A stretch of 64,000 bases of DNA from Lepidodermella squamata (GCA_047495785.1 JBLDXI010000004.1:1798001-1862000); one strand, 5' to 3'. Numbered from the stretch's first letter, positions 19,201 to 30,693 are shown. The notes: generated by a model from the letters alone, not told the origin. Numbers and translations: made by a program.

Positions 19201-20526
19201 ATATACCTGGATGCTAATAATCTTTACGGCTATGCCATGTCACAAGTATTACCATTGGGACGATATCAATGGGAAAATAACTTGGATAAATATACCACCG
19301 AATTTATAATGAATTTAGGAGATGATGATAACACTGGATATATGTTTATGGTAGATTTAGAATATCCTGCAACGCTGCACGATGCGCATAATGACTATCC
19401 ATTCTGCCCTGAGCAGACAAGTTGCAACCCTAGCCCTTTCATGCAAAATGTTATCCAAGAATTGAAGCTGCCGAAACCGCCAGTCATGAAAAAGCTGACT
19501 CAAAATCTATATGACAAGACTCGCTATATTATTCATTACAGAAACCTGAAGCAGGCATTGAAAATGGGTTTGGTTTTGAAAAAAGTGCATAAAGTGTTGA
19601 TCTTTGAGCAGTCCAAATGGCTGGCACCGTATATTGAATTTAATACTAAGAAAAGAAGTGAAGCTAAAAATGACTTTGAAAAAGACTTCTTCAAATTAAT
19701 GAATAATGCCGTATTCGGAAAAACTATGGAGAATCTAAGAAAAAGAGTTGACGTTAGACTTGTGACTCAATCCACGAAATTACAAAAATTGATAAACAAG
19801 CCAAATTTCAAAGATGCCAAAGTGATTGCCGAAGATTTATGCAGCGTAAATATGGCAAAAACATCAATTAAATTTGATCGTCCGATTATTGTCGGTTTCA
19901 GCGTTTTAGAATTATCGAAAACTCTAATGTATGATTTTCATTACAACGTGATAAAGAATAGTTATGGCGATAAAGCGAAGCTCTTATTCACTGATACTGA
20001 TTCACTGTGTTATCATGTAGAAACAGCAGATATATATAAGGACATGGAAAGTCTCAAAGAACTGATGGACTTCAGTGATTACCCTAAAGATCACGCATTG
20101 CATTCAAACATGAACAAGAAAGTTATTGGTAAGTTCAAAGATGAATGCGCGGGAGGTATTACCCTTTCAACCATTACTGAATTCGTTGGCTTGAGATCCA
20201 AATCATATAGCTTTAAATCTACAGTAATTTCGAGTGCTGGAGATAACTCTGGGCTCTATAAACAGACATCAGTAAAGAAAGCTAAAGGAGTTGTCAAACA
20301 TTGTGTGAAAAAGCAGATACAATTTGAAAACTATAAAGATTGCGTATTGAAGCATGTAGTGACTAAAGCTACGTTCAATCAAATTCGATCGTTTAATCAT
20401 AAGCTGGTAACTATTCAAAGTACTAAAGTAGCGCTATGTCCATATGATGATAAAAGATGGGTACGCAGCGACGGCGTGAGCACATATGCGCATGGACACT
20501 CATTTATACGCAATGTATCAGTGTGA
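16285..20526 (+). CDS. polB: Protein-primed family B DNA polymerase with N-terminal repeats and endonuclease VII-like Zn insertion
   Basis: FYCDAES, FHNLKGYD, YLDANNLYG, KLMNNAVFGKT, FTDTDS, PYDDKR motifs; CHIC..RDHDHLTGYYRGAAHSLCN. Confidence 0.97.
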   Translation: MSQENSCIQSPKGFDMKMGGKAFRKYIKEGFTYDEIGKKWLKNGQPYIHHVVNPEDGSLIPVNGEIFNQLIERNYKYEKYRNQLKKIAFLNGGKIEVGSREFVKMVRNTHAYDSENNILIKYKNKIREGYVFDPINGEPILIGGERYESLRRQGYAIKDNSNKMFKRQEKIGFVVNPKTMNKIKIDGNKFHQLIADGYKYVKGTNSLEKDDYFHIVNVDNFGHFRNILSRTDLEPTNTYEIDFFEYARKIKPKVINEYWKQFTERGPVKAVLITALYYQENNATPTYKWSSSNERAPTIISCEDIPGVVENMFTQMGSSIQEYHQRDTGGTLLGIGNTSVCTFTYTPLAAGSYIETPKWIANKKAVINVQNKDNKCIIWSILASRHRFDDHAYRVSKYVKYESTIKIEGVKFPVTIKDISKLEDMNKIRINIIECGKIDKEVLFPFYVSDKKFREEVNLLRIVENKQAHYCWIKNPSALLSRVNKHEHKRFWCFKCFQGFNSAESKQQHIDRQKCNEKNGKVKVEMPKGESVMFKNYGKQLKIPFVFYCDAESFLVKTDEKKGENSNIFQKHVANSFGAYLASDVDSITSRYVKFEGEECTEKFLRYLIKTESFLSTYLRNTNKAMQLTRQQEMEYNKASQCHICKGVIVNDSEKLKKVRDHDHLTGYYRGAAHSLCNLKYSYRNINIPVVFHNLKGYDAHLILQAAGKVIEEINEERIKERDKLPKDQKNRSKKPLLQIGAIANSSEKFISFNVGKLRFMDSLNFMSISLADLVQNLKKSNGAFPHLKSQFSRLTDLQLDLIKQKGFYPYEYMDGPEKLEEPSLPDIEHFSSSLHSSSIDEKLERVPISREDYEHAKRVYNEFGCRKLKDYHNLYLKTDVLLLADCFESFRETCMKYYTLDPAHYLTAPSLSWDAMLKKTGVQIELLDNEEMLTFVEEGIRGGVSVITHRYAGANNKYMLEYDPAKPDSYIIYLDANNLYGYAMSQVLPLGRYQWENNLDKYTTEFIMNLGDDDNTGYMFMVDLEYPATLHDAHNDYPFCPEQTSCNPSPFMQNVIQELKLPKPPVMKKLTQNLYDKTRYIIHYRNLKQALKMGLVLKKVHKVLIFEQSKWLAPYIEFNTKKRSEAKNDFEKDFFKLMNNAVFGKTMENLRKRVDVRLVTQSTKLQKLINKPNFKDAKVIAEDLCSVNMAKTSIKFDRPIIVGFSVLELSKTLMYDFHYNVIKNSYGDKAKLLFTDTDSLCYHVETADIYKDMESLKELMDFSDYPKDHALHSNMNKKVIGKFKDECAGGITLSTITEFVGLRSKSYSFKSTVISSAGDNSGLYKQTSVKKAKGVVKHCVKKQIQFENYKDCVLKHVVTKATFNQIRSFNHKLVTIQSTKVALCPYDDKRWVRSDGVSTYAHGHSFIRNVSV

Positions 20527-20655
20527 TGTGTAAAGCTGCTATTACTACAGATAAAAACACCGGTACTTATTACTTATTCCTTATTAATTTTATTAGGCAT
20601 TAATCATAATTTTGATCATTCAATCAAGCTCGACTGATTCAATTAATAGCACACT

Positions 20656-20970
20656 GTTCACCTGGGTGAACAACGCAAATCTGTAACATACCATGATAAT
20701 AATGAACACATAATACGAGATTTTATAATTCATAAGATTTAACGATGATAGGATTGTAACAGAATTTCACGTTCACCTGGGTGAACAACGCAAATCTGTA
20801 ACATACCATGATAATAATGAACACATAATACGAGATTTTATAATTCATAAGATTTAACGATGAAAGGATTGTAACAGAATTTCACGTTCACCTGGGTGAA
20901 CAACGCAAATCTGTAACATACCATGATAATAATGATCACATAATATGAGATTTTATAATTCATAAGATTT
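20656..20970. repeat. 115-bp tandem repeat (about 2.7 near-identical copies), each starting with hairpin GTTCACC-TG-GGTGAAC
   Basis: Unit starts at 20656, 20771 and 20886; lies between convergent genes. Confidence 0.92.
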
Positions 20971-20996
20971 CAAGTTTACGAGATACGCTTAAGTAA

Positions 20997-21919
20997 TCAC
21001 ACTCTGGATCCTAATGTCTCATAAAATGCTTTATTACCAGCTAAGAATGTTAGAATAGAAGTATTTTCAGCTAAGTAGAGCATTTGTTTAAGCGGGATGG
21101 CACAATTCATAAGCTTTGGATATGATCTATAATATTTGAATAGTTTTAAGAGATGAGATATCCATGTTTTACCGAAGTTGAATTGTACAGAAACAAGTTT
21201 ATAGAATTCTTTCTTATCTTCAAACATTCCATAAAGTTTATCGACGGCTTCGGCAGTATAGTAAGAACATAACAATTGTAGGCCTTTAATCTTATTGAAC
21301 GATTTTTGCTTTTCTTTTACAAACTCTACAATCGATTCTACAGAACGGGAATCAGTGATAGAAGTTAAGTTCGCAATACCATCATAACTAGCATTATACA
21401 ATTTAACAAACATATCACAAATTTTGTCGTTGCTGCTAATATCATATTCGGCGCCGTAAATCTAAAGACAGAATCGTTTTAATTCCGAGCAATTAATAAT
21501 TAATACAGTACCTTAATAACATCGTTACTAGCTTCAGTGGAGGCCGTATGATTAGAAGCTACGTCATCGTCATCTCTTGTTTCATCTATACCAGATTCAT
21601 CATCGCTGTTGTCGCCGACGACTTGATATTCAGCCTCTTCGCCAGCACGTTTTTTCTTCGGTTTCGTCGGACGCTTAGTTTCAACTGGTTCAATCAAAGA
21701 AACGTCAGGAAGTTTCTTAGCCAAGTCGATGACGCGCTTCATTGGCTCATTAGGCTTCGATTGACGGACTTTTTCAACGAAGGCCAGAACTTCATTGAGA
21801 TCCTTATTATGGGCCATGATGCCAGCATGGAATTTCTTCGCGATTCGGAGCTTCAGAGAATTTCTGGTTTTCTTTCGCCCACGCCCAATAGCATCAGTAA
21901 ATATTTTGCTAACATTCAT
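20997..21919 (-). CDS. Spliced Maverick right-arm gene B, 290 aa (exons 21919-21512, 21461-20997); basic NLS-like and acidic tracts
   Basis: 50-bp phase-0 intron AAG|GTACTG...TCTTTAG|ATT joins the two track ORFs in frame. Confidence 0.7.
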
Positions 21920-22013
21920 CTAAAAATATAGAAAGATTGTAATTGCAGATTTATTGAACTTGGTTTTTCAAAATAATTGTTCATAACATAATTTTCAGAA
22001 ATAGATTGAACAC

Positions 22014-22718
22014 TCATTCAGATGCTATTCCCTTCAACTGGTCACAAATCTCATCAATTTCAAGCGAAGAGTTGGCAACATCAGATCCAGGATGATTGCT
22101 AGATTGAAGAGAAGGTAGACTAAAAGGATTCATAATAGAAGGAATGGCACTATCAATAACATTGTTCACATTTGCTAACTTCTTCGCTACCATATCTTTA
22201 GCCTTTCCCTTGACTTGTTCTAAATTAACAGCGAGTACATGATATTCCAAGACAAAGAAAACAGTATCTTTAGTAAGATTGAGTAGATTGCTTAAGTCAT
22301 CATAATATGTCTGTAGAATTGCACTATTACTACTGGGTAAGAAGCAAGTTTTTAAGTAATCCAACATTTTCCTAAGCATATCGGTATCGGCAGAAATGAC
22401 AAGATTGTATAATTCTCCAATTCTATGCGCGTGAAGATTTGGAGTCTAAAAATATTAAGAAAACAGTTGACATAACATAAATAAAAAAAAAAGACTCACT
22501 TTTTCATCTTGTCGCCACCTATCTAAGATTGATTTAATTAATTGCTGATTGTATTGAATTTTATTCATAAGTTTTGCTTTCTTTGGCTTGATGCGATCTA
22601 TCTCCTTAGCAATTGGCTGTCGTTCTGCTGCCGATAAGCCCATCTCCTCCAGAATTTTTAGAGTAGATTTCGCATGACTAGCTCCAAGTTGATTGGCCAG
22701 GTCTTCCAGATTATTCAT
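22014..22718 (-). CDS. Spliced Maverick right-arm gene A, 216 aa (exons 22718-22500, 22445-22014)
   Basis: 54-bp phase-0 intron AAA|GTGAGT...TTTTTAG|ACT joins the two track ORFs in frame. Confidence 0.72.
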
Positions 22719-23184
22719 TTTAATTTATCTAAAAATAAACAGATAAATAAAAATAAATAAAAATGAATTTATTCAAAAATATTATTTAAAATAAATTAAT
22801 AAATTATAAATTATAAAATTATAAAAAATACAGAATCGCGAAATTCATTATCTGAAACGATTGAGTTAAGTTGTAATTCGCATGAATGATACTGATCTGC
22901 GGAGCTGCAGCGGTTTAAAAGCGCCGGAAGAAGGTTCCAGAGCATGAAAAAACTCGTTTTGGCTGTTCCGTGCACGCCACGCACCTTGCGGTCAAGGTCA
23001 CTTTGAATAAAAAAAAAGTTTATGTTATTTTCTTCATTTTCAGAATGTATGTTAACTAGGAATAATAAATTGATATGTTTTATTTTTTTATTTAATAATT
23101 ATTTGCCGCATGCTTTTTTACTTTGGCGGAAAATTCAAAATTTACACAGGCGTCGTCGCATGATTGACGGGTAACCCTTTAGCA

Positions 23185-23484
23185 ATGAAAAAACAGTGCG
23201 CAGGGCGTCTTATCCGGAGTAAATTTCATTTCTAGGTGGTGTTCTGAAAACAACCCCTTTTCAGGCTATTCTCAAATTTTTTAGAGCGGAAAATTCTGAT
23301 GTTCGGTGAAACTCAATTTAATTTGAGCTGGATATGCCTAGGCGGTGATTTTGACTCGTTGGTGATGATTTTTGCATTTCGCATGGGCTATGCGAAAAGC
23401 CGAAGATTTGCCGCGGAGAATATGATAAAAGATGAAAATTTTATTTTGAGGTGGCTGGCCTAGGATCGGCCGATTCCTACTGCT
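23185..23484 (-). repeat. Maverick right TIR (300 bp)
   Basis: Reverse complement of 2151-2450; followed by TSD TTTGAA. Confidence 0.95.
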
Positions 23485-23689
23485 TTTGAATTTGTTAAAA
23501 AAATGGATAAAACCACGCATTCAGTCTTTCGTGAAAATGATTGCATAACAGGGAAAGTAATTAACTTGGATAATTATGGGTAGTCTAGTGTAAATGCGAC
23601 GTATAAAAAAGCAATACGACTCGCAGCACGACTTGAGTGGCACTAATCCACGCACTCTGTTGCATAATCAAAGTCATTTCAAAACCATA

Positions 23690-24520
23690 AGCGTCGCATT
23701 TACACGAGCTACTTCGTAATTATCGATGTTAATTACTTAGGCTGTTGCGTCATCATTTTTACTAAAACTCAAACGAGCGCTGCTTTATTTTTGTGTGAAT
23801 TTTTAATGGGCACTGTAACGTAGTCACTGCAAGGCGGTTTAAAACTCAAATTTAGCGGTATCAGGTAATAGCAATTTCCTGATCACATCGTTGGCTGGCA
23901 CGTGATCCATAAAATTCTCTGGTAAAGGGTCCAAATATTTCCACCACTAAATGTTCCTGGCACTAAATTTTTCAGATTTTTTGCGATTTCGGCGTTTTTG
24001 GTTTTTGATCGATACTGATGCCCTCCCTGATCCTGTAGGATATTTATTTCAGCTACGTGATACGTGATACGTCAAAGACGGCTGACGGCTGATATCGGGG
24101 AAATCACTGATTTTTTAAATCAAATCGATACTTGGAATCGATATCGGCTCTATAGGTTGAAGTATAATTCGTAAACTGACCGCTCATAGCGCGAAATACA
24201 TGTAACGTGAAGGTCTATCGGTTAAGCATGATACAAAAAATTTGAGATTCTAGTGAAGAATAGAAATTCGAAAAAACCATATTTAAGGGAAATCTAGTGC
24301 TGGAGTCTTGTGGACTTGGCACACCCAAATATAAGAGATCGATTTCGCAATTATAAAAAATCTTAAATTTTTGCGAAAATCCTCCTTAAATGAATTATGC
24401 AACGAATCGCGTCACTGCGACAGTTTTAAACCACTCTGTATTATGTATTGTAGCTCTAAAAAATACTTGGAAAATTCAGAAATAAAAAATATCGATTTGT
24501 TTGAGGTGTTTCTCATGATT
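23690..24520. repeat. Host dispersed repeat, copy 2 (interrupted relative to 330-760)
   Basis: Direct similarity to 330-560 and 590-760. Confidence 0.6.
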
Positions 24521-25496
24521 GATTGGCCGGCCGACACAATAGCTAATCCACAATAGCGAATCCACAATAGCACGCGACTAAATAGCGAGAATATAGTGAT
24601 GCCCATAATAGCGAGCGACTATTTAGAAATCCCGGAATAGCGCGCGACATTGTAGCGAAATTATCAGTATCACCATAATAGCGAGTGAGGAAATAGAGAA
24701 AAAAGTGAACATCAGGTTTTGATTATTTTTCAACTTGCGTTCATTTTTACAATTTAAGAACGGACGCCTCAAAATTAAACAGGTAGCACTGGTTTATAGA
24801 AATTGCGCATCTCTATCGCTGAATATAAAATGTTATCATCGGTTGAGTACCATCATTTTATCAGTAGGTCAAGTTGACCGGCCGGTAAATTGACCGGTCG
24901 CCTGTCGGGTAGGGTCGGCTAAATTCCGGTCGGTTGACCAATAAGCTGAACTATTGCCTATTCCAATAGCGCGGAGTGCCTATACTTGTGATGCTTGTAG
25001 CTGGTAACAATCTAGCCATGTCTATCAACTATGAGATGTTAAGAAGCATGATCATCAGTGCTTGGATCTCTGAGCGATTACCTGCTACTCGAAGCTTAGA
25101 AGACTTCTTGGAGAATAAGCGCATGTAAAAGCACTGCGCACCGCTCAATAACCGCAATAATGCATTAAATCGCTGATGGTACCAAAAACGTGCGTCCAAG
25201 CTCGAATGAACGCGCGAGAGTGAGACATGCGGCGGGCTCCCGCAGCGTGCGCGATACAAATCTTGTTAATAGGCTATTACACACCGGATTACACTTCTCT
25301 GAGCTAGAGGAGGCGCGTGAGAAGCGGAAAAACCATGTAGCGCACCACACTCGCTGTGCTGAGTAGTTGAGGATTACCCACAGTCGAGGGCTTTCGCACC
25401 TGTTTATAGCCACTTGCTTATTGGTTTATGATAGCTGAAACCTTAACAATTCCAGAGATTATGACATTTACTGCGGCAGTTTCAGACCACCATGTA

Positions 25497-25698
25497 CAGT
25501 GTGGTCTGATACTAGTGCAGGGGGCGAAGTTCGTTCATCTTTTTAATGAGGAGCTTGGAAAAATTTATGAATTTCAAGAGTTGCTTTTCCATAGAAAAGA
25601 TCGATGTCGCAATTCATGAAACTCTTCAATATTTCCAAGCTCCTCATTAAAAAGATGAATGAACTTCGCCCCCTGCACTACTATATCAGACCACACTG
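25497..25698. mobile_element. Tc1/mariner-type palindromic MITE
   Basis: TA|CAGTGTGGTCTGATA...TATCAGACCACACTG|TA; shares the inner TTAATGAGGAG motif with 1900-2089. Confidence 0.82.
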
Positions 25699-26166
25699 TA
25701 AAGAGTGATGCACTTGGCCACGGTTTTACAATTTACTGTGGCTGTAACGAATAAAACAATCGGAAAGAAGCCAATTGACTCTCCGGGTAAAGAATAGGGG
25801 TATAATTGAAAAATTTGACCTAAACCTAAACCATAAAAATATTCACCGTAATTAGGGTTTATATCAGGCTTCCACGTCTCCTATTTTCGATATAAAATCT
25901 GATGTTAACGATATTTCGCACTTCCACTGAGGCCGCCGGTAATATTCGCCATATTGTCGCCTTCTATTGTGTCGCAGCCAGATATTTCGTTGTCTGGATA
26001 TTCAGGATTAATCTTGAACCCTACATGCTGCTAAATCGGCACAGACACTGATCAAAATTCAGAGTGAATGAAAAAGATCGATTATATTTTGCAGTTGATA
26101 AACATTCGCGAATAAAAGAATTATTATATTTGCGTGATTCCGCTGGTTTCAACACGTTGACCTCGC

Positions 26167-29100
26167 TCAACTTGCTCTACGTGACCTCAGCAAATCGGCC
26201 GCATCGATTTGCCTATTGAAAATCGCGATATCGATAGCTGTTTCGCCTCTTGCATTAGTGACATTCTTATCGGCACCTCTATCAAGGAACAGTCGAACTG
26301 CTTCGACTGTCCCATTCCCAGCCGCATACATCAACGCCGTCCAGCCATTGTTGGACTTCGCCTCAATAGCAGCGTTGCGATCCAGTAACAGGCGAATTAC
26401 TTCGACTCGTCCATTCATAGCCGCCAACATCAACGCAGTCCTGCCAATAATATCCTTGGCTTCAATGACAGCGTCGCGATCCAGCAACACCCGAGCTACA
26501 TGGACTTGCCCATTCGCAGCCGCAATAATCAAAGCAGTCATCCTATCTTTATCCTTAGCCTCGATGTCAGCTCCGCGATCCAACAACACTCGAGCTACCT
26601 CGACTGTCCCATTCTGAGCCGCAAACATCAACGCCGTCCAGCCATTGTTGGACTTGGCTTCGATGGCAGCCCCGCGATCTAGCAACAGTCGAGCTGCGTC
26701 GACTGTGCCATTCAGAGCCGTCATCATCAACGCCGTCCAGCCATCAATATCCTTGGCCTCGATGTTAGCTCGGCGATCCAGCAGCAGTCGAGCTACTTCG
26801 ACTCGCCCATACCAAGCCGCACCTATCAACGCCGTCCAACCATTGTAAGTCTTGGCCTCGATGGCAGCTCCGCGATCCAGCAACAGTCGAGCAACTTCGA
26901 ATGTCCCATTCTTAGCCGCATACATCAACGCCGTCCCGCCATATTTATCCTTAGCCTCGATGTCTGCTCGGCGATCCAGCAGCAGTCGAGCTACTTCGAC
27001 TCGCCCATACCAAGCCGCTCTCATCAACGCCGTCACGTTCTCTATATTTTTACTTTCAATGGCAGCGTAGCGATCCAACAACAGTCGAGCTACTTCGACT
27101 GTTCCATACCGAGCCGAAATCATCAACGCCGTATCACCAGGGAAGTTACTCTTTGCCTCGGTGGAAGCGTTGCGATCCAACAACAGTCGAGCTACTTCGA
27201 ATGTCCCATTCTTAGCCGCATACATCAACGCCGTCCAGCCATATTTATCCTTAGCCTCGATGTCTGCTCGGCGATCCAGCAACAGTCGAGCGACTTCGAC
27301 TTGCCCATTCCAAGCCGCCCTCATCAACGCCGTCACGTTCTCTATATTTTTACCTTCAATAGCAGCGTTGCGATCTAGCAACAGTCGAGCTACTTCGACT
27401 CGGCCATACCAAGCCGCAAACATCAACGCCTTATCGCCGGGGAAGTTATCCTTGGCCTCGATGGCAGCGTTGTGATCCAGCAACAGTCCAACTATTTCAT
27501 AGTGTCCATTTACAGCCGCCATTATCAACGCCGTCCAGCCATAAGAATCCTCCCTGTTATTCACATCAGCTCCACGTTCAATGAAAAGCTGAGCAATAAG
27601 CAATCGCTGGTCTGATTGCGTCCGATTGCACGTAACACTGTGCAGCAGGCTGCCATTTGTCATAGTCCAACCACCACAGTCAATCTTCTTTGGGTTGCGC
27701 CAGTTCGGGTCGAATTTACCGCCTGTGGATTCGTCGATCTCCGCGACGAGCTGTCGCACCTGCGCCACGTCGCCCGTCTTGACTGTTGCATTCCACAACT
27801 GCTCGTAAACTTCACTGATCTATATGTCATAAACAAAAATTGAGTTTCTAGGATCGAATATTTGAGATGAAATTGAAGCTGAAACTAGCTGGAACGGAGA
27901 GGGATCATGTTGACCCTCTTAACTTGCCCTTAATCCGATTTTTCAATTTCCCAAAAATATCTATGCATTTTCTGTCGCGAAGAAGGTCTATCCTGGGCCA
28001 GGGGGCGACGGCCTCCTCAAAATGTGTAACCCCATATTTCGTTCGGACGGTCACTCGCTGAATTCAACGCAGCAAGAGGGAAAATTAGACACAGTAGGAG
28101 AAGTGAGGCTCGCGAGTAACGTATTTTCCGTAATAGCATCAGGGGGCATTGTAATTTCAAAGCTTCGAAAAAGGGGGGTTGTAAACGGGACGTGTTACAA
28201 TTGCGAGCATGCGACTTTATTGTTTCAAAGCAAGTTTTCAAGGGTTAAAATTGAGTAAAAATAAGAATAAATCGAGAATTTTTGAACTAAAGTCAACAGC
28301 TCTTCATCAAAATCGAGAACTTCATCGTTCGATTGCGAGTTTTCAGCCATTTTTATGCAAATTATTGAAATTTTAAAAAGCTAGTTTTCTTCAAATCATG
28401 AATGCTAGGAAATCGACAGCTACTTTGGCAATTTTCGTTGCTGAACATCTCTCACTCGGCTATGTTTCGCCATTTTCTATCAAACGTGCTTATAAAACAA
28501 CTGAGAAATGGAATTTCAAAATGTTAGGCGCTATTATATTTAAATGCGATTTTCAAAGTTTGAATTAAAATTTAGGCCCCCGGAGGCTATTGCGAGTATG
28601 AAGCTTCATTTTTTCAAAGGCCTTAAAAGGGGGGGTTGTAAACGGGACGGGCGGTAATAACGGGTATATGAAGCTATTACGGAATATACGGTATCTGGAA
28701 AGCACATTATCAGGCCCGCCTACGTTACGGCTCTGCGCGCGCCCCTATTGGTCAGCCATTTCGCGCACACTGTTACGCAACACACGCGCGCCGTAAGTGC
28801 GTGCGTGCACAACTGAATCAATTTTAACCCAAAAAAGTCGCGCATTTCGCATATATTCTATCAGATTTATAAAACATAATTTCAAACTTCAAACGAAATA
28901 ATCTTTATCTATCGATATAAAGTGTGCATGGTAGGTACGAAAAATAAGCAAACGTGGCTAACTTTAGCACATAATTACAAGGCACGCTCACTCGCCCAAG
29001 TCGTGCGCACTGTTATTTATCGCTAATTTTACCGCGCGCACAGTTGTCAAAGAGTAACTTGAACTTTTTGTGGCGGTTTTTATGCCGAAATGAAGAGAAT

Positions 29101-30693
29101 TTAATCCTCTATCGATTGAATATAGGGTTCTCGCTCGAAAAATTGAAAGGGAAAAATTTTTACGTGCACCGAAAAATTAGGGCGGGTGACCTCGCGCGAG
29201 CGCACCACCAAGTAAAAATTGTGCACGTCAAATGTTTAATACCCAAATTTCAATCGTAACAAATCCATATTCAATCGATAGAGAATTCAATTTACTTCAT
29301 TTTGATGTAAAAGCCGACGTGAAATTCATAGATTCCCCTTTGATTTCAGTTCAAAATGAGCTGACCAATAGGAGCGCGCGCAGAGCCGTAACGTAGGCGG
29401 GCCTGAAAATGTGCATCTGGAAAACAGCGGAGACGAATAGGATATCTTGTAAGAAAGCAGAAAATAGGCAGGAAAGAGAAGCTGAGCCGAATTTGAGTTT
29501 TACAAACCGAACCGAACCGAACCGAATTTTTTATCGTAAATTTGGTTGCCGAAATGAAATAAAAACAGAACCGAAGCGGATTTCAACCGTATCGTTGAAA
29601 TTCTGGATTTCTGAATTCAGTCTGAAATTCTGATATTCCGAGAACCGAGTGTTCAGCACCTGATCATTACGCACACTTACGGATCTGTGGTGGTTTCCTC
29701 CGGCCGCTAAAAAGCCGTGAACTGCTAGTTTTCTCTAACAACTATTTGCTCGCAGGCTATTGGTCGATTCAAAAAAAAACGCTGAAACCGGCATTAGTGC
29801 GGTTTATGCCGTGAATTCGGTTGAAGAATACAAACCGAACCGAACCGGATTTCAACCGGATTCGGCGTCTAAACAAGTGGTTTATTCTTTCAGAAAACTT
29901 ACAGGTCTTGCCTGCCTCGAGACGCAAAAACCCGGCTGGGACCAGGTGACGTTCGAAAGGCACGATATGATAGAATTTCCTCTGATATTGAAATTCGAGT
30001 TGCATGATATGATTCGAGTGGCTCCGACGCTCGACTGACCAGGTGATACGAAGCCGTTTCGGATTATAGGTGGCAGCCCACAAACTTTGCACGATTATTT
30101 TGTTACAAGAATAAAAAACGATAAAAAATGAGTCACCTGCTGCTTCACATCTACCAACCGCAGACCAGGTGCCGTTTGCTTGGCACTGACTTGTTCCCTG
30201 GCCAACGCGTTTGAAGCCCGGATTGCAGACCAATGACATCGTGGACAAGTACGCAGTGGATCTGTTGGAGCTAGTTAGATATCCGTTACTTAATACAGGA
30301 GCGAGGCCACAGTCTTGATAACAAGCTTGAAATATCAGTTTAGAAGAGCTTTTGTTACTTACTAATCGGGTTACACCTTCCGTTTATCACCGGTCGAAAT
30401 GGCGGTACGCACGTCGCAGTCGATACAGATGACGAATAGGTGTAACCAGGGTTGCATTTCAAGCTAACAACTGCTCCTTTTTCCACAGCTGTCCCCGGCC
30501 TCAGAACTGCGCCGGTATCTTCCGAAGTTTCCGGGTCCATTCGTGTCACAAATCCTGCCGATAAGTTAGGCACGGGGCAAGACTGCTCTGGCGTGCTTGT
30601 TTGGCTGCGAACATTCGCGTTTTCCGATTGAGCAACGACCTGACCCGATGCCAGCCCAAGGAATACGATTGCAATTGCTAAGTGGAGACGCAT
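26167..30693 (-). CDS. Predicted secreted protein: signal peptide + 3 CCP/sushi + ankyrin repeats, 780 aa (exons 30693-30363, 30313-30137, 30084-29903, 27819-26167)
   Basis: Signal peptide MRLHLAIAIVFLGLASG; 4-Cys CCP modules; phase-compatible GT-AG junctions, including CCT|GTAAGT...ATATAG|ATC; about 14 TALMxAAxxG ankyrin repeats. The ankyrin exon is certain; the join is inferred. Confidence 0.72.
28119..28691. mobile_element. pogo/Tigger-like MITE in the predicted intron
   Basis: TA|(a)cgtattttccgtaatagc ... gctattacggaatatacgg|TA; internal direct repeat aaaggggggttgtaaacgggacg. Confidence 0.7.
28702..29414. mobile_element. MULE-like MITE in the predicted intron
   Basis: TIR gcacattatcaggcccgcctacgttacggctctgcgcgcg... 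/ ...cagagccgtaacgtaggcgggcctgaaaatgtgc; 9-bp TSD ATCTGGAAA (28693-28701, 29415-29423). Confidence 0.85.

Larger units (their letters stand above)
2151..23484. mobile_element. Full-length Maverick/Polinton (adintovirus-like endogenous virus), 21,334 bp
   Basis: 300-bp TIRs with AG...CT ends; 6-bp TSD TTTGAA (2145-2150 and 23485-23490); uninterrupted ORFs for pPolB, rve integrase, packaging ATPase, capsid proteins and cysteine protease. Confidence 0.97.

Noticed and set aside
20656-20970. Palindromic repeats as a CRISPR array
   Set aside because: Whole 115-bp units are near-identical, so there are no unique spacers; no cas genes; eukaryotic context
21919-22014. Joining right-arm genes A and B into one protein
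   Set aside because: No convincing phase-0 donor before the gene A stop, and an AATAAA lies between them
24527-25979. Possible transposon bounded by CGACACAATAG inverted ends with AATAGCG subterminal repeats
   Set aside because: Only an 11-bp match and no TSD found
29480-29880. AACCG-repeat region as a discrete hAT element
   Set aside because: Subterminal-like repeats seen, but termini and TSD could not be defined
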